In this document: piece after piece, positions 39,601 to 48,050 of the stretch
How positions within the stretch are numbered: the first letter of the stretch is position 1
Layout: every line of letters starts with the position of its first letter
From: an uncultured Bacteroidales bacterium
Lineage (GTDB): Bacteria > Bacteroidota > Bacteroidia > Bacteroidales > WCHB1-69
Length of the DNA: 64,000 nucleotides
Assembly: GCA_937901455.1 (NCBI GenBank)
Contig: CALDIA010000054.1
Span: 69,224-133,223 of the forward strand
Direction: 5' to 3'
The notes under the pieces: generated by a model
The model's input: the letters and a program-made list of their open reading frames with translations, nothing else
The model's database searches: none
What the model was told of the DNA's origin: nothing
Made by a program: the position numbers and the translations under genes

Positions 39601-42600
39601 CCAACACCCCATGGCGTGATTTCCACAGGTATTTCATATTCATAATAGTTATCGGTGAAGTCGGAGCCTAATCGAATGAAGGTAGTGATATCGCCTTTTT
39701 GCACATCATTGGAGCTGTTCACGCTTTCGGCGTGAATGGCCATCTGTAACGTGTTGAAGTTGCGTAGGTCGTAAGAGGTGCTCTTGTATATGGCCCGTGC
39801 ATCGCCATCGGTGAGGCCGATGGCCTTCATGGTCAACGACTGCTCGTTGATTTGGTAGGTGTTCAGCCCTGCGATTGTTTCACGTTCTATGCCGGGAGGC
39901 AACAGATAGGGAATAGGCGTTCTGTTGGAGTTTTCCTCAATGCTGACCGTACCCACATAGAAGGAGCCCTCGCCATCACCCTGTGAAGGAATATAGTCAC
40001 CCTCCTCTTGCAAGCCCAGGTTGTAGGTGCGCCAGTCGCTGCGGACCAACTCAAAAGTGGCGAAACGGCAGATGATAGGCTCTTCAAAGTCGCGCAGGAA
40101 AAGACGCATGAAACGTATGGAGTTGAAGCCGGAAATGTTGTTCACCACCTTGTCGGGATTGTGGATGGGGATTCGGAACTGATACCATTTGGTGGTGATA
40201 CGCTGTTCGTTGGGCAGAGGTGATGATACCGCCTCGTAGATATCGTTGATGTAGTTCTCGCCCACTACCATGTGCTCAGGTGACAAGTTGATGACGTACT
40301 GGTAGTACTTTTCATCCTCACTCAACGTGTTGTCATTGTTCATGTCCTCCAAGTTGGGAAGGGAGGATTGAGTGGTGGGATATGACTCCGGACTTTGACT
40401 GTCGGTGGGGGAGTTACCATCCGGATTGTTGTAGAATTTGTAACGTTCTATCACCTTGATATCCGCCTGGTCATAGTCGGTGCCGCGGAAATAATGATAG
40501 TTGTCGTTGGAGGGGTCGTTGTAGGCATTGATATAGGCGGTGGAACTTGTTCCATAGGTGTTGGCGATCAGCTGCAGATAGTTTTCGTTGAAATAGGTAC
40601 GTTCGCGATCATCGGGCAGACCGTCATAGCCAACATCTTGGTTCATTCTGGACTCTTGGTCGATATCGAAGGCATTCACAATCAATTGGATGGTAGGCAC
40701 ACGGCCCCACACGGTGAATTCCACATTTTCATCGCTGCCATCGGCAGGCAACCCATTCTCGAAGAATTTCATGCCATCGCGCAGAATGTCTTCGGAAATA
40801 TCACCCAAGTTGAAGTACAGTTTACCGCCCGAGTGGTTTTCATTTTCCATAAAGGGATCCATCATCCAGAACTCAATGTATTGATAGTTGGAAGATTCGA
40901 AGTCGGTGTTATCAAATTTGCGCATAATGCCACCCCAGCGGGTACGTGGGTCGCGCAAGGTGCCGTCATCGTTGATACCATGCGAATAGCCTTCCGAACC
41001 GGTCACATCATAGTTGTAAGGGCCTTTTTCTGAAGGATAGAAAGCCAGGTTGAAGACAGGCATATAGGTGGATATGGTGGTGCCGTCATACTCTTTGTAA
41101 GGGAACAGCTCCGGTTCATATACAGCTCTGGAGTATGGTTGGGAAAGGTCTTCAGGGGTAAGGTTGGAGGGTTGTGCGGAGTTGCCGTTGTAGAAGACAG
41201 ACTGGTCGATGATGAACCACGACAGATGCGCTCTGTTGTAACCATATGCCAACTGCCGACGGGCATTGTCGGTGACGGAAACGACACCGGCTTCCGGGAA
41301 CAAGTCGGGTTGTCCTTGCGGCGTAGAGGCCAACACCCAATTGGCAAATGTATTGAGGTCAATGGTGGTTTTGGCCGCCTCGAAGTTGTCCACATAAGTG
41401 ACACCCTGCTTGCCAATGGCTCTGGAATGGCCGGGCACGAAATGGGCAAACTCTCCCTCTAAATTCAAAAATGACTGTGTGGTGGTGCTGTGGAAAGAAA
41501 GCAGGTCAACAGCCTTCGTCACAAAAGGCAACTCCGCTTTTTTAGCGAAGTTCATGCCCCAGATGAAGTTGTTGATAGGCTCATCGCCATAGTTGACCTT
41601 ATTGGTGATAGGCCGCTCACGCAAGTTCATGAAAGTGGCTCCGATATTGAAGGTGGGAGAGAAGGTGTAGTCTAAGTTCGCTCCGAACATGTACTGGTCG
41701 GCACCATATTCATCTTCCGGCTCCCAAGTGATGTTGATGGGGGTTCCGGAGTTCAGGTAGCCCTGATTGATAATGGAGACTGTACCCATGTCGTAGTTGA
41801 CAGTATAGTCCACATTCTCCTGTAAAATAATACCACCTGCCGTAACTTTTACAGAACCTTGGGCCACATTGGTGGTTGGGATGCGGAACTCAGAGCCATA
41901 CGATGACCGGTAAGTGCCCTCGATGTAGAATTTATTCTTATTGGTAATCTGCTGCGCCATCGTCTTGGTCATCGTGTATAGGGAGTCGAAAGCATATTTT
42001 TCCGCCAACTCCGGTTCTGTGATGACAGCCCGCAAGTCTTTTCCGAAAGGTTCAATAGTGGGGAAGTAGATACGTCCGTTGTTGGAGTTGATGGTACCGC
42101 CCACGGTGGCAGCATTGTCAATAAAGTCGAAGATACCATCTGGGGTGGGATCCTGTTGCTGGTTCAAACGGTCTAAGCCTAAGAGACGAATCAAGGGGAT
42201 ACCCTGCTCGGTACCTTGGGTGAAGAAACCGTTGGGCACACCCTCAGCATCACCTGTGTAGAGCACGTTCAGCCGGAATTTCTCATTCGATACCTGATAG
42301 GCTGACAGGCTGTATACGTTCTTCATCATCAACTTCCACAATGGCGACTTGGTATTGATATTGCTGCTCTTCAACAATTTCACCCTGATACATTCTGGAG
42401 CAGTTACCTCGTTGGAAAATTCACCTACCTGATAAACTTTGTCGTCGCCAATCACGGTGTATTGGAAGGCTACGGCCAGCACCTGGTCGGAGTTGAGGGC
42501 CGAGTTCAGGGAGATAAAGCCCAACTTGGTGTTGACGGTGTATTCGTTGGGGGCCAGCAGCCGGGCACTCTCAATCTTCTCATAGTTCTTTCCGGAAGAG

Positions 42601-43967
42601 AGTCCTATGGAGTGCATGTTGGCAGATACGGAAGAGAGATTCCGAAACAGGGAGGTATCCACGATAGCGGGGAGATTGTTGATCTCATTGTCGGGATATT
42701 GGCCACCCGTGTACATAGGGTTGTAAGTAAAGTTGCCAAACTCAGGGTCGGATTCGCCCAAGTCGGTGAAAGCAACAATATTACGGTTGTTATTGGTGGC
42801 AGCACCGATAGTGGTGCGCCAAACCTCTATCTTAGTAATGACGATGGGTGACCCCACTAAGGGCAAGGTGCTCAGGTATTCATTGTAATGGTCTCGGAAG
42901 AACTGTCCTAAGAAGAAGTGGCGGTTCTCTTCATACTCATCGGCACTGAAGTAGAAATCCTCCTCGGCAGCACCATTGGTGATGGAGGCACTCTGCGTGG
43001 CACCCTTCTTTTGGGCGGCCACACCCGTAACCGTGAGGTTGCCGAACTTGAATTGCCCCTTCACACCGAACAGGTTCTGGCTACCCGTAATCAGAGTGCT
43101 GTTCAAAGGCATGGTCACATTACCGAACTCTATCAATTGCAGAATCTCATCCTCTTTGCCGGCATATTTTAGCTTCATCACATCGTTGTTGGTGCCGACC
43201 TGCAGTTGGTTGGTGGCATAGTTGAGGTTGAACTCTATCTTCTCGCCAACACGGGCAATCATGTTCAGTTGGATGTCTTGGTCGAAGTCGAAATCGAGAT
43301 GACGGCGTTGTTTGACAGGAATAGAGTAGTTGTCCTGGCGGTTGTATTTGACACCAAATTTCACCTCGATATTACCCGAAGGCCGGATATCGATGGTGTT
43401 GCTGCCAAAGATGCTCTCAAAAATGTCGCCGCCCACATGCAGTTCCGGGATCAAACCGCCTCCACCCGAACGGTTGCCCCTGGCACCTACACTATTGGAA
43501 TGCCAATAGTTGTTGATGCTCTGCTGCAAGTCGTAGTCAATGTACTCGTTGATGTCCATATACGCTCCCGGGCCAAAAGGTGTGTTGCCTGTTTGGTATT
43601 GGAATTCGTAGGTGTTCGTCTCGGGATTGTATTGGATAACCGTGCCAATTCCCGGAGGGTTTTGCAGGTAGAAAGGACTATAATGCTGATTGTTCAGCGG
43701 GTTGTTGTCTGGTTGGGGCACGCCGCTGTTTTCGTTGGAGTCGGGTGGGGTCAGGGTACTGGCAATGCCATCAGGAAAGTTTAAATGCAAGTTGATTGGA
43801 GCATCCGGAATGTTTTCCTCGCTGTCTGTTTTCTCAATAGCAGTGTCCACAGAGCGCAAAATGCCCGCAGTAGCGGCATATCCGATGGTTATACATGTAC
43901 AAATGGCCAGTACTGCAAGGACAATATATATTTTTTTGTGGTTGGTTTCTTTCTTCAAATGTCTCAC
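36657..43967 (-). CDS. sprA: T9SS outer-membrane translocon SprA (Sov)
   Basis: At 2,436 aa it matches the size of SprA/Sov. It has an N-terminal signal-anchor, is beta-rich throughout and has the family-typical C-terminus (..FETGIALRLMLSQ). It uses a GTG start that overlaps the ruvA stop by 1 nt. Confidence 0.9.
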   Translation of the reverse strand: MRHLKKETNHKKIYIVLAVLAICTCITIGYAATAGILRSVDTAIEKTDSEENIPDAPINLHLNFPDGIASTLTPPDSNENSGVPQPDNNPLNNQHYSPFYLQNPPGIGTVIQYNPETNTYEFQYQTGNTPFGPGAYMDINEYIDYDLQQSINNYWHSNSVGARGNRSGGGGLIPELHVGGDIFESIFGSNTIDIRPSGNIEVKFGVKYNRQDNYSIPVKQRRHLDFDFDQDIQLNMIARVGEKIEFNLNYATNQLQVGTNNDVMKLKYAGKEDEILQLIEFGNVTMPLNSTLITGSQNLFGVKGQFKFGNLTVTGVAAQKKGATQSASITNGAAEEDFYFSADEYEENRHFFLGQFFRDHYNEYLSTLPLVGSPIVITKIEVWRTTIGAATNNNRNIVAFTDLGESDPEFGNFTYNPMYTGGQYPDNEINNLPAIVDTSLFRNLSSVSANMHSIGLSSGKNYEKIESARLLAPNEYTVNTKLGFISLNSALNSDQVLAVAFQYTVIGDDKVYQVGEFSNEVTAPECIRVKLLKSSNINTKSPLWKLMMKNVYSLSAYQVSNEKFRLNVLYTGDAEGVPNGFFTQGTEQGIPLIRLLGLDRLNQQQDPTPDGIFDFIDNAATVGGTINSNNGRIYFPTIEPFGKDLRAVITEPELAEKYAFDSLYTMTKTMAQQITNKNKFYIEGTYRSSYGSEFRIPTTNVAQGSVKVTAGGIILQENVDYTVNYDMGTVSIINQGYLNSGTPINITWEPEDEYGADQYMFGANLDYTFSPTFNIGATFMNLRERPITNKVNYGDEPINNFIWGMNFAKKAELPFVTKAVDLLSFHSTTTQSFLNLEGEFAHFVPGHSRAIGKQGVTYVDNFEAAKTTIDLNTFANWVLASTPQGQPDLFPEAGVVSVTDNARRQLAYGYNRAHLSWFIIDQSVFYNGNSAQPSNLTPEDLSQPYSRAVYEPELFPYKEYDGTTISTYMPVFNLAFYPSEKGPYNYDVTGSEGYSHGINDDGTLRDPRTRWGGIMRKFDNTDFESSNYQYIEFWMMDPFMENENHSGGKLYFNLGDISEDILRDGMKFFENGLPADGSDENVEFTVWGRVPTIQLIVNAFDIDQESRMNQDVGYDGLPDDRERTYFNENYLQLIANTYGTSSTAYINAYNDPSNDNYHYFRGTDYDQADIKVIERYKFYNNPDGNSPTDSQSPESYPTTQSSLPNLEDMNNDNTLSEDEKYYQYVINLSPEHMVVGENYINDIYEAVSSPLPNEQRITTKWYQFRIPIHNPDKVVNNISGFNSIRFMRLFLRDFEEPIICRFATFELVRSDWRTYNLGLQEEGDYIPSQGDGEGSFYVGTVSIEENSNRTPIPYLLPPGIERETIAGLNTYQINEQSLTMKAIGLTDGDARAIYKSTSYDLRNFNTLQMAIHAESVNSSNDVQKGDITTFIRLGSDFTDNYYEYEIPVEITPWGVGKDTLAIWPVANQMVVYLDSLVSLKMERNLAVRQGQLSSNLVPYVKHLESGNRMTIVGNPNLGDVTTIMIGIRNPKKQTLLDDDDMEPKSVEVWVNELRLVGFDDRQGFAALLRARMNIADVGDLTVSGTYSTPGFGSIEQSITERSHETNVNLDIATNIDGGKLFFPEKWNIKIPFHYDYSMGMALPEYNPLNPDVKLKDDLAFCETAEERDSLRRLTTAFTQRQNINLMNVRKERNFENGSSKMHPWDIENLDFSYSYSELLQRDVDLEMNNEFIHDGEIGYTFSTNPKNFRPFTKMKWTRNKWLQLIRDFNITPMPKNVVIRTSLRRELQEFKYRPKSQGNIIVDTSFVKTFDWTRNYALNWDIFQSLKLEYRADASARIDEPDGRIDTRTEKDSVWHNFGRGGRTTDFRQTFNGTYQIPINKIPLFNWINANIRYQSTYQFNASALSLAYLGNTIQNSNTIQANGNLNMVTLYNNIPYLKKVNQGNRKPMNQKKGETSNNLKKGNKDKEEGEEMVAKDTVKEKPNYGKIILDGTLRFFMMVRNVSVNYSRGAGTTLPGYMDTPKLFGIDLHTKSPGFLFVFGGQPDIQSIAAANHWLTTDSLMNTAYQRTKNENLSLRATVEPFKDFRIEVSATRRFTENYSEYFHVDEEGVLYHYTPQRNGSFSMTFCGLRTFFKNYDDLFEDFRAIRPLIANRLAEANEHYIGDINPETGYPEGYSEISQDVLMGAFFAAYMGKDAEKMDISTPFLKIPLPNWRITYNGFAKIKGIDKVFQSLSLAHSYTCTYNIGGFATNLSYIDGGGALNTLGDYIPKEELNQIAMSEQFGPLIGFDMTLRNSMLLKVEYKQSRNVALSFTNNQITESANYELAVSGGYRFKDLKIGLVFAGSKRQFVSDLNVTAGVGIKSNQTTLRKIQEQVNQVSSGMLTATINVAAEYQFSQMVGIKFYYDHTINRPKIQNQYNNMNFETGIALRLMLSQ

Positions 43968-44557
43968 TATAAATATTTTAACGCCTTCTTTATCAGATCT
44001 TCCACTGATAAATTTATCCCATCTGTCTTAATGACTTTGTCTAAGACGGATTCGGCACCCGCCTTAGGGAAGCCTAAAGCAATCAAAGCAGTTAACGCAT
44101 CATATTTATTATTATTGTATGCCACTGAATTTTTTGTTGGATCGGACAGAGAAAGCTTTTTGGTTTTGTCTTTCAGCTCGATGACAATGCGTTGGGCGGT
44201 TTTGGCCCCGATGCCTTTTACTGATTGTATGGCTTTCACATTTTCGGTGGCAATGGCGTTCAACAGTTCGCCCACCGACATGGAGGACAAGATAAGGCGG
44301 GCAGTGTTGGGGCCTACCCCATTGACAGATATCAGTAGTTGGAAGAGTTCCCGCTCATCCTCATTGGAAAAGCCATATAGCACATGGGCATCCTCTTTGA
44401 CAATATAGTATGTGTGCAACAGAATGTCGCTTTGGTCCTTGATTTGGGAATAGGTGGCCAAGGAAATGTTCACGCAATAGCCAACGCCACCAGCGGTTTC
44501 AACAACTACAAACGCAGGCGTGATATTGACTATTTTACCTTTTATAAAATGTATCAT
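43967..44557 (-). CDS. ruvA: Holliday junction branch-migration protein RuvA
   Basis: The N-terminus is MIHFIKGKIV... The HhH region is ..VNGVGPNTARLILS.. and ..VKGIGAKTAQRIV... Confidence 0.95.
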   Translation of the reverse strand: MIHFIKGKIVNITPAFVVVETAGGVGYCVNISLATYSQIKDQSDILLHTYYIVKEDAHVLYGFSNEDERELFQLLISVNGVGPNTARLILSSMSVGELLNAIATENVKAIQSVKGIGAKTAQRIVIELKDKTKKLSLSDPTKNSVAYNNNKYDALTALIALGFPKAGAESVLDKVIKTDGINLSVEDLIKKALKYL

Positions 44558-44578
44558 AAAGCTTTAATGTTTCGGTTG

Positions 44579-44586
44579 CAAAAGTA
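44579..44586 (-). promoter_or_regulatory. -7 box TACTTTTG for ruvA-sprA
   Basis: The reverse complement of caaaagta lies 22 nt upstream of the ruvA ATG. Confidence 0.5.
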
Positions 44587-44673
44587 TAAAAAACAACGCT
44601 TTTTTGCGGGATCCTTTGGAAGAGTTGATAACAATGTAAATTGACAAATATCAAGAATGTGTATGTGTGTGGA

Positions 44674-46344
44674 TTAGTTTTTAATCACTTTGAAGTATTG
44701 CGTTTCACCATTTTGAAGGATGACTTTACCGATGTAGAGACCTGGGTTGAGGTTATGCATGGGGATGGTGATTTGCCAAGAGTTGAAGTCATGGTGTTGT
44801 TGTATCATGATGCCGTTGGAGGCGAAGAGTTGCACGGCGCGAATATTAAGTTTGCCATTGGTGATGGTAAGTTGCGAGGTGCAGGGGTTTGGGAAGACCT
44901 CTAAGGCGAAGTGGTTGCGAGAGGGTGTTGAGGTGTGGTGCGTGTAGGCGGCGTAAAAATCGGGAATGCCATAGCCTATCTCGTTGTTGGGGTTGTTGGC
45001 GCAGGAGCCGCTTTCGCGCACGAACTGCATGATCTGCTGGGAGGTGGCTGCTGGGAGTGCTTGCCACAGGCAGGCGCACAATCCGGCGGCTACGGGGCCT
45101 GCCAAGCTGGTGCCGTTGGCCTCACCATAATAGTACCAGTATGCCTCATCATAATAAGGGTACACACAGGCAGTGTTGACACCTACAGATGCAATATCGG
45201 GTTTAATGCGGCCGTCATAGGAAGGCCCGCGGGAAGAGAAGCCTGCAATGGCGCTGTCAACACCAACGGCAGCCACAGAGAGAATGTCGAATGCATCGGC
45301 AGGATGGCCTATGTAGTACCATTCGCCACTGCCTTCATTGCCGGCACTGACACAGACCACCACGCCCTTCTGCCCTAAGATAGTGGCAGCCCGCGAGGCA
45401 ATACTGTACACGCCATCCACCTGCTTATAGACAAAGTTGCCCTGCGGAAAGTCGGGAAAACCACAATACCCTAATGAAGAGTTTATGACATCAGCCCCGA
45501 TACTGTCGGCAATCTCGGCGGCGTAGGCCCAGAAATCTTCCTCTATCAGCTGCTCGGATACGGGTTCCTCAGAACGGATGAAGAAGTAGGAGGCCTCGGG
45601 TGCCGTGCCCACCAGCTCACCCTCCTGCATCATACACATGGTGGAGGTGACCAGCGTACCATGGCTGTGACCATTGAAGACATTGTTGCGGAAGGGAATC
45701 AGGTCGCGAGTGCCTAATAACTTGCCATCGTCGAATAGCGGACTGAAAACAGAAATCTCGTTTACTCCATTCCAGCCAGCATCAAAAACAGCAATGAGCA
45801 TACCATCGCCACGAAAGCCCTCATTGTGCAGCAGATGCCCGTTATGGATGGCTATCTGTTGGTAGCCATCCCCATAGTTGTAAGGGATGACACTGTCATG
45901 ATTGCTCACAATGGACGCTTGTTGGGGGATCTCTATTTCGGGACCCAATGGTGCTGACATCATCGTTGTGTCGTAAGAGGCAACAGGCAAGATGCTGTCC
46001 ACAAACGGCAGGGCAAGGATTTGCGGGAGCCGGGTGCTGTCGGGACAATAGATAGTGACTGTGTTCATCCATTTGGACTCTGCCAACAACCGGATGCTGG
46101 CGTTTACATTTCGGATTTGCTGCTTGTAAAGCGGTGTAACGGGCAAGTCCTGTTCGGTGATGATGATGTTGAAACGGGCCCGTTTGGCTAATGCACGCTC
46201 AGAAAGGAAGGCGGAAGGATTATTGACAGAATAGCTATTGTTATTTTTGTCAGATAGATAGAGTCGGTAACAATTGGGCATTGGCTGGGCTGCCAGCAAT
46301 ATGGTGATGCTGGCAAATAATAAAACGAGGATGTGTTTTTTCAT
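44674..46344 (-). CDS. S8 (subtilisin-family) serine peptidase with T9SS C-terminal domain
   Basis: The catalytic triad contexts are AVFDAGW, SHGTLVTS and NGTSLAGP. The C-terminal ..FPNPCTSQLTI...GLYIGKV...FKVIKN fits a T9SS CTD. Confidence 0.88.
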   Translation of the reverse strand: MKKHILVLLFASITILLAAQPMPNCYRLYLSDKNNNSYSVNNPSAFLSERALAKRARFNIIITEQDLPVTPLYKQQIRNVNASIRLLAESKWMNTVTIYCPDSTRLPQILALPFVDSILPVASYDTTMMSAPLGPEIEIPQQASIVSNHDSVIPYNYGDGYQQIAIHNGHLLHNEGFRGDGMLIAVFDAGWNGVNEISVFSPLFDDGKLLGTRDLIPFRNNVFNGHSHGTLVTSTMCMMQEGELVGTAPEASYFFIRSEEPVSEQLIEEDFWAYAAEIADSIGADVINSSLGYCGFPDFPQGNFVYKQVDGVYSIASRAATILGQKGVVVCVSAGNEGSGEWYYIGHPADAFDILSVAAVGVDSAIAGFSSRGPSYDGRIKPDIASVGVNTACVYPYYDEAYWYYYGEANGTSLAGPVAAGLCACLWQALPAATSQQIMQFVRESGSCANNPNNEIGYGIPDFYAAYTHHTSTPSRNHFALEVFPNPCTSQLTITNGKLNIRAVQLFASNGIMIQQHHDFNSWQITIPMHNLNPGLYIGKVILQNGETQYFKVIKN

Positions 46345-46363
46345 ATCCTGATATTTTGTTTAG

Positions 46364-46437
46364 TGACCCCGGCGGGATTCAAACCCACGACTTTCAGAAC
46401 CGGAATCTGACGTTCTATTCAGCTGAACTACGGGGCC
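46364..46437 (-). tRNA. tRNA-Arg (anticodon CCG)
   Basis: A 74-nt cloverleaf was folded by hand. The acceptor stem is GGCCCCG/CGGGGTC, the D stem GTTC/GAAC and the anticodon stem TCAGA/TCTGA with loop TTCCGGT. The T arm is GTGGG-TTTGAAT-CCCGC. No CCA is encoded. Confidence 0.9.
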
Positions 46438-46452
46438 GTGTTTCTGAGGGCG

Positions 46453-46460
46453 CAAAAATA
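46453..46460 (-). promoter_or_regulatory. -7 box TATTTTTG for tRNA-Arg
   Basis: The reverse complement of caaaaata lies 16 nt upstream of the mature tRNA 5' end. Confidence 0.55.
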
Positions 46461-46512
46461 CAAAAAATTAAGACATATTTCGCGGATCTCACATATCACA
46501 AGGAACCCATTT

Positions 46513-46548
46513 GTGTCATTCGTACAATTCGTGTCATTCGTGCAATTG
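46513..46548. repeat. Tandem 18-bp repeat x2 with an internal 9-bp periodicity (..ATTCGTG)
   Basis: The two units are GTGTCATTCGTACAATTC and GTGTCATTCGTGCAATTG. The 9-mers are TCATTCGTA, CAATTCGTG, TCATTCGTG and CAATTGTGG. Confidence 0.7.
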
Positions 46549-46609
46549 TGGACTATAATGGACTTTTACCCGTAAGAATAAACCAAACAATGAGAAATAA
46601 CCCCAAATA

Positions 46610-46633
46610 GGGGACGATGTTGCCATCATCCCC
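46610..46633 (-). terminator. Possible terminator hairpin after serA (weak U-tract)
   Basis: On the minus strand, GGGGATGATG-GCAA-CATCGTCCCC (one mismatch) is followed by TATTTGGGGTTATTT. Confidence 0.35.
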
Positions 46634-46665
46634 TACCCTATTCGTTAAAATCCAATGTCCAACGA

Positions 46666-47583
46666 TTATTTGTTGACTTGGAATTTCTTGTCGCCGTTGA
46701 CGAAGAAGTTCACGATCTGGTTGGCAGCTGCCAAGCCGGCGTTGATGTTGGCTTCGGCGGTCTCGGCACCCTGTTTTTTCGGGGTGGCGAAGAAGCGCTT
46801 CTCAAACTTGTTGAACTCGTCCAAGGCATCAGGAGCGATGTCGGTGCAGTATTTGAGATCTTCGCGCTCAGCCATGAGGGCAAGGAGTTCTTCCTCATTG
46901 ATGACCTCCTTGCGGGCGGTATTGATCACGCAGCCGCCTTTGGGCATCAGGCCTACCAAAGCCTTGTTGATAGACTTCTTGGTCTGGTCGTTGGCGGGGA
47001 TGTGCAGGGAGATGTAGTTACAGTTCTTGTAGAGCTCTTCCAACGTGTCGGGCACGATGACCCCTTCGGCCTGCATCTTCTCTTTCGGGATGAACGGGTC
47101 GAAGGCCCAGACTTCCATACCGAGGGCACGGGCCTTTTCAGCCACCAGGCGACCCACGTTGCCGTAAGCCTGGATGCCCACCTTCTTGCCCTTCAGCTCG
47201 GCACCGGTGCCGGGCTTGAAGGTGTTGCGGGCCATATAGATCATCATGCCGATGGCCAATTCAGCCACGGCGTTGGAGTTCTGTCCGGGGGTGTTCATCG
47301 CCACGATGTTGTTGGCGGTGCAGGCAGCCAGGTCGAGGTTGTCGAAGCCGGCGCCGGCGCGCACCACCACCTTGAGGTTCTTGGCGGCGTCGATGACCTG
47401 CGCCGTCACCTTGTCGGAGCGCACAATCATGGCATCTACGTCAGCGACTGCGGCGTACAACTCCTCGGGGGTTTCATATTTTTCTAACAATGCCAATTCA
47501 TAACCGGCCTTTTCCACGATGGCGCGAATGCCATCCACTGCGGCCTTGGCAAATGGTTTTTGGGTTGCAACTAATACTTTCAT
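46666..47583 (-). CDS. serA: D-3-phosphoglycerate dehydrogenase (short form)
   Basis: It belongs to the 2-hydroxyacid dehydrogenase family (GIQAYGNVGRLVA) and sits in a unit with serC. Confidence 0.8.
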   Translation of the reverse strand: MKVLVATQKPFAKAAVDGIRAIVEKAGYELALLEKYETPEELYAAVADVDAMIVRSDKVTAQVIDAAKNLKVVVRAGAGFDNLDLAACTANNIVAMNTPGQNSNAVAELAIGMMIYMARNTFKPGTGAELKGKKVGIQAYGNVGRLVAEKARALGMEVWAFDPFIPKEKMQAEGVIVPDTLEELYKNCNYISLHIPANDQTKKSINKALVGLMPKGGCVINTARKEVINEEELLALMAEREDLKYCTDIAPDALDEFNKFEKRFFATPKKQGAETAEANINAGLAAANQIVNFFVNGDKKFQVNK

Positions 47584-47623
47584 TATTTTGATTATTAAAT
47601 TATTAAATCATTAAGACATTAAA

Positions 47624-48011
47624 TTATTTTTGGCCTTTTTCTTTATCGAGATTTTTTTTGGCTGTCTTCAAACTCTTGGTGAGCATATTCATAATGAAAT
47701 TCAATTCTTTTATCAATTCATCATACTCTTCCAACGTTATTAAACCGCTATCCTTCAACAATCTTAACCAGTAATTTGATTCCCTTGCTTCTTTCAATGA
47801 TATATGAAACTTCGCAATGAAGTCATTGGTTGATTGCGCTCCAGACGCCTCTTCTATATTGGCCCCCTATTGATGTTCCGGATTTGGCAAGTTGCTTTGA
47901 AATTAAATATTCCCTTTCTTCAATTTGCAACTTTCTGCATAAAAGAATAATTTTTAAAGCAAATTGATAAGAACTGTCCTTCAAAGCGTCTTTCTTGCCC
48001 TTTTCAGACAT
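47624..48011 (-). pseudogene. Four-helix-bundle protein gene (23S rRNA intervening-sequence protein / Avd-like family) interrupted by a 1-nt frameshift
   Basis: The track ORF (47823-48011) reads ..LAKSGTSIGGQYRR.. and then stops. Removing one C from the C5 run at 47863-47867 restores ..SGTSIGANIEEASGAQSTNDFIAKFHISLKEARESNYWLRLL..TKSLKTAKKNLDKEKGQK*. That gives a 128-aa product ending at 47624. Confidence 0.8.
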
Positions 48012-48050
48012 AATAGTTTAATATTTAACAATCTAATATCTTAATATAAA

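Noticed and set aside
43785-44408. A 207-aa ORF antisense to ruvA and the sprA 5' end, plus many 60-255 aa antisense ORFs inside sprA.
   Set aside because: The sense genes are unambiguous. The antisense ORFs lack starts with promoter boxes and lack motifs.
46356-46610. An 84-aa plus-strand ORF.
   Set aside because: It overlaps the tRNA-Arg gene and its promoter, uses a TTG start and has no motifs.
46678-47487. A 269-aa ORF antisense to serA.
   Set aside because: The translation is a Gly/Val/His/Leu-rich mirror of a GC-rich gene. serA on the minus strand has clear dehydrogenase motifs.
47624-48011. Whether the four-helix-bundle (Avd-like) gene marks a diversity-generating retroelement.
   Set aside because: There is no reverse transcriptase in the window. 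I could see no template/variable repeat pair with A-specific mismatches. Orphan genes of this family are common.
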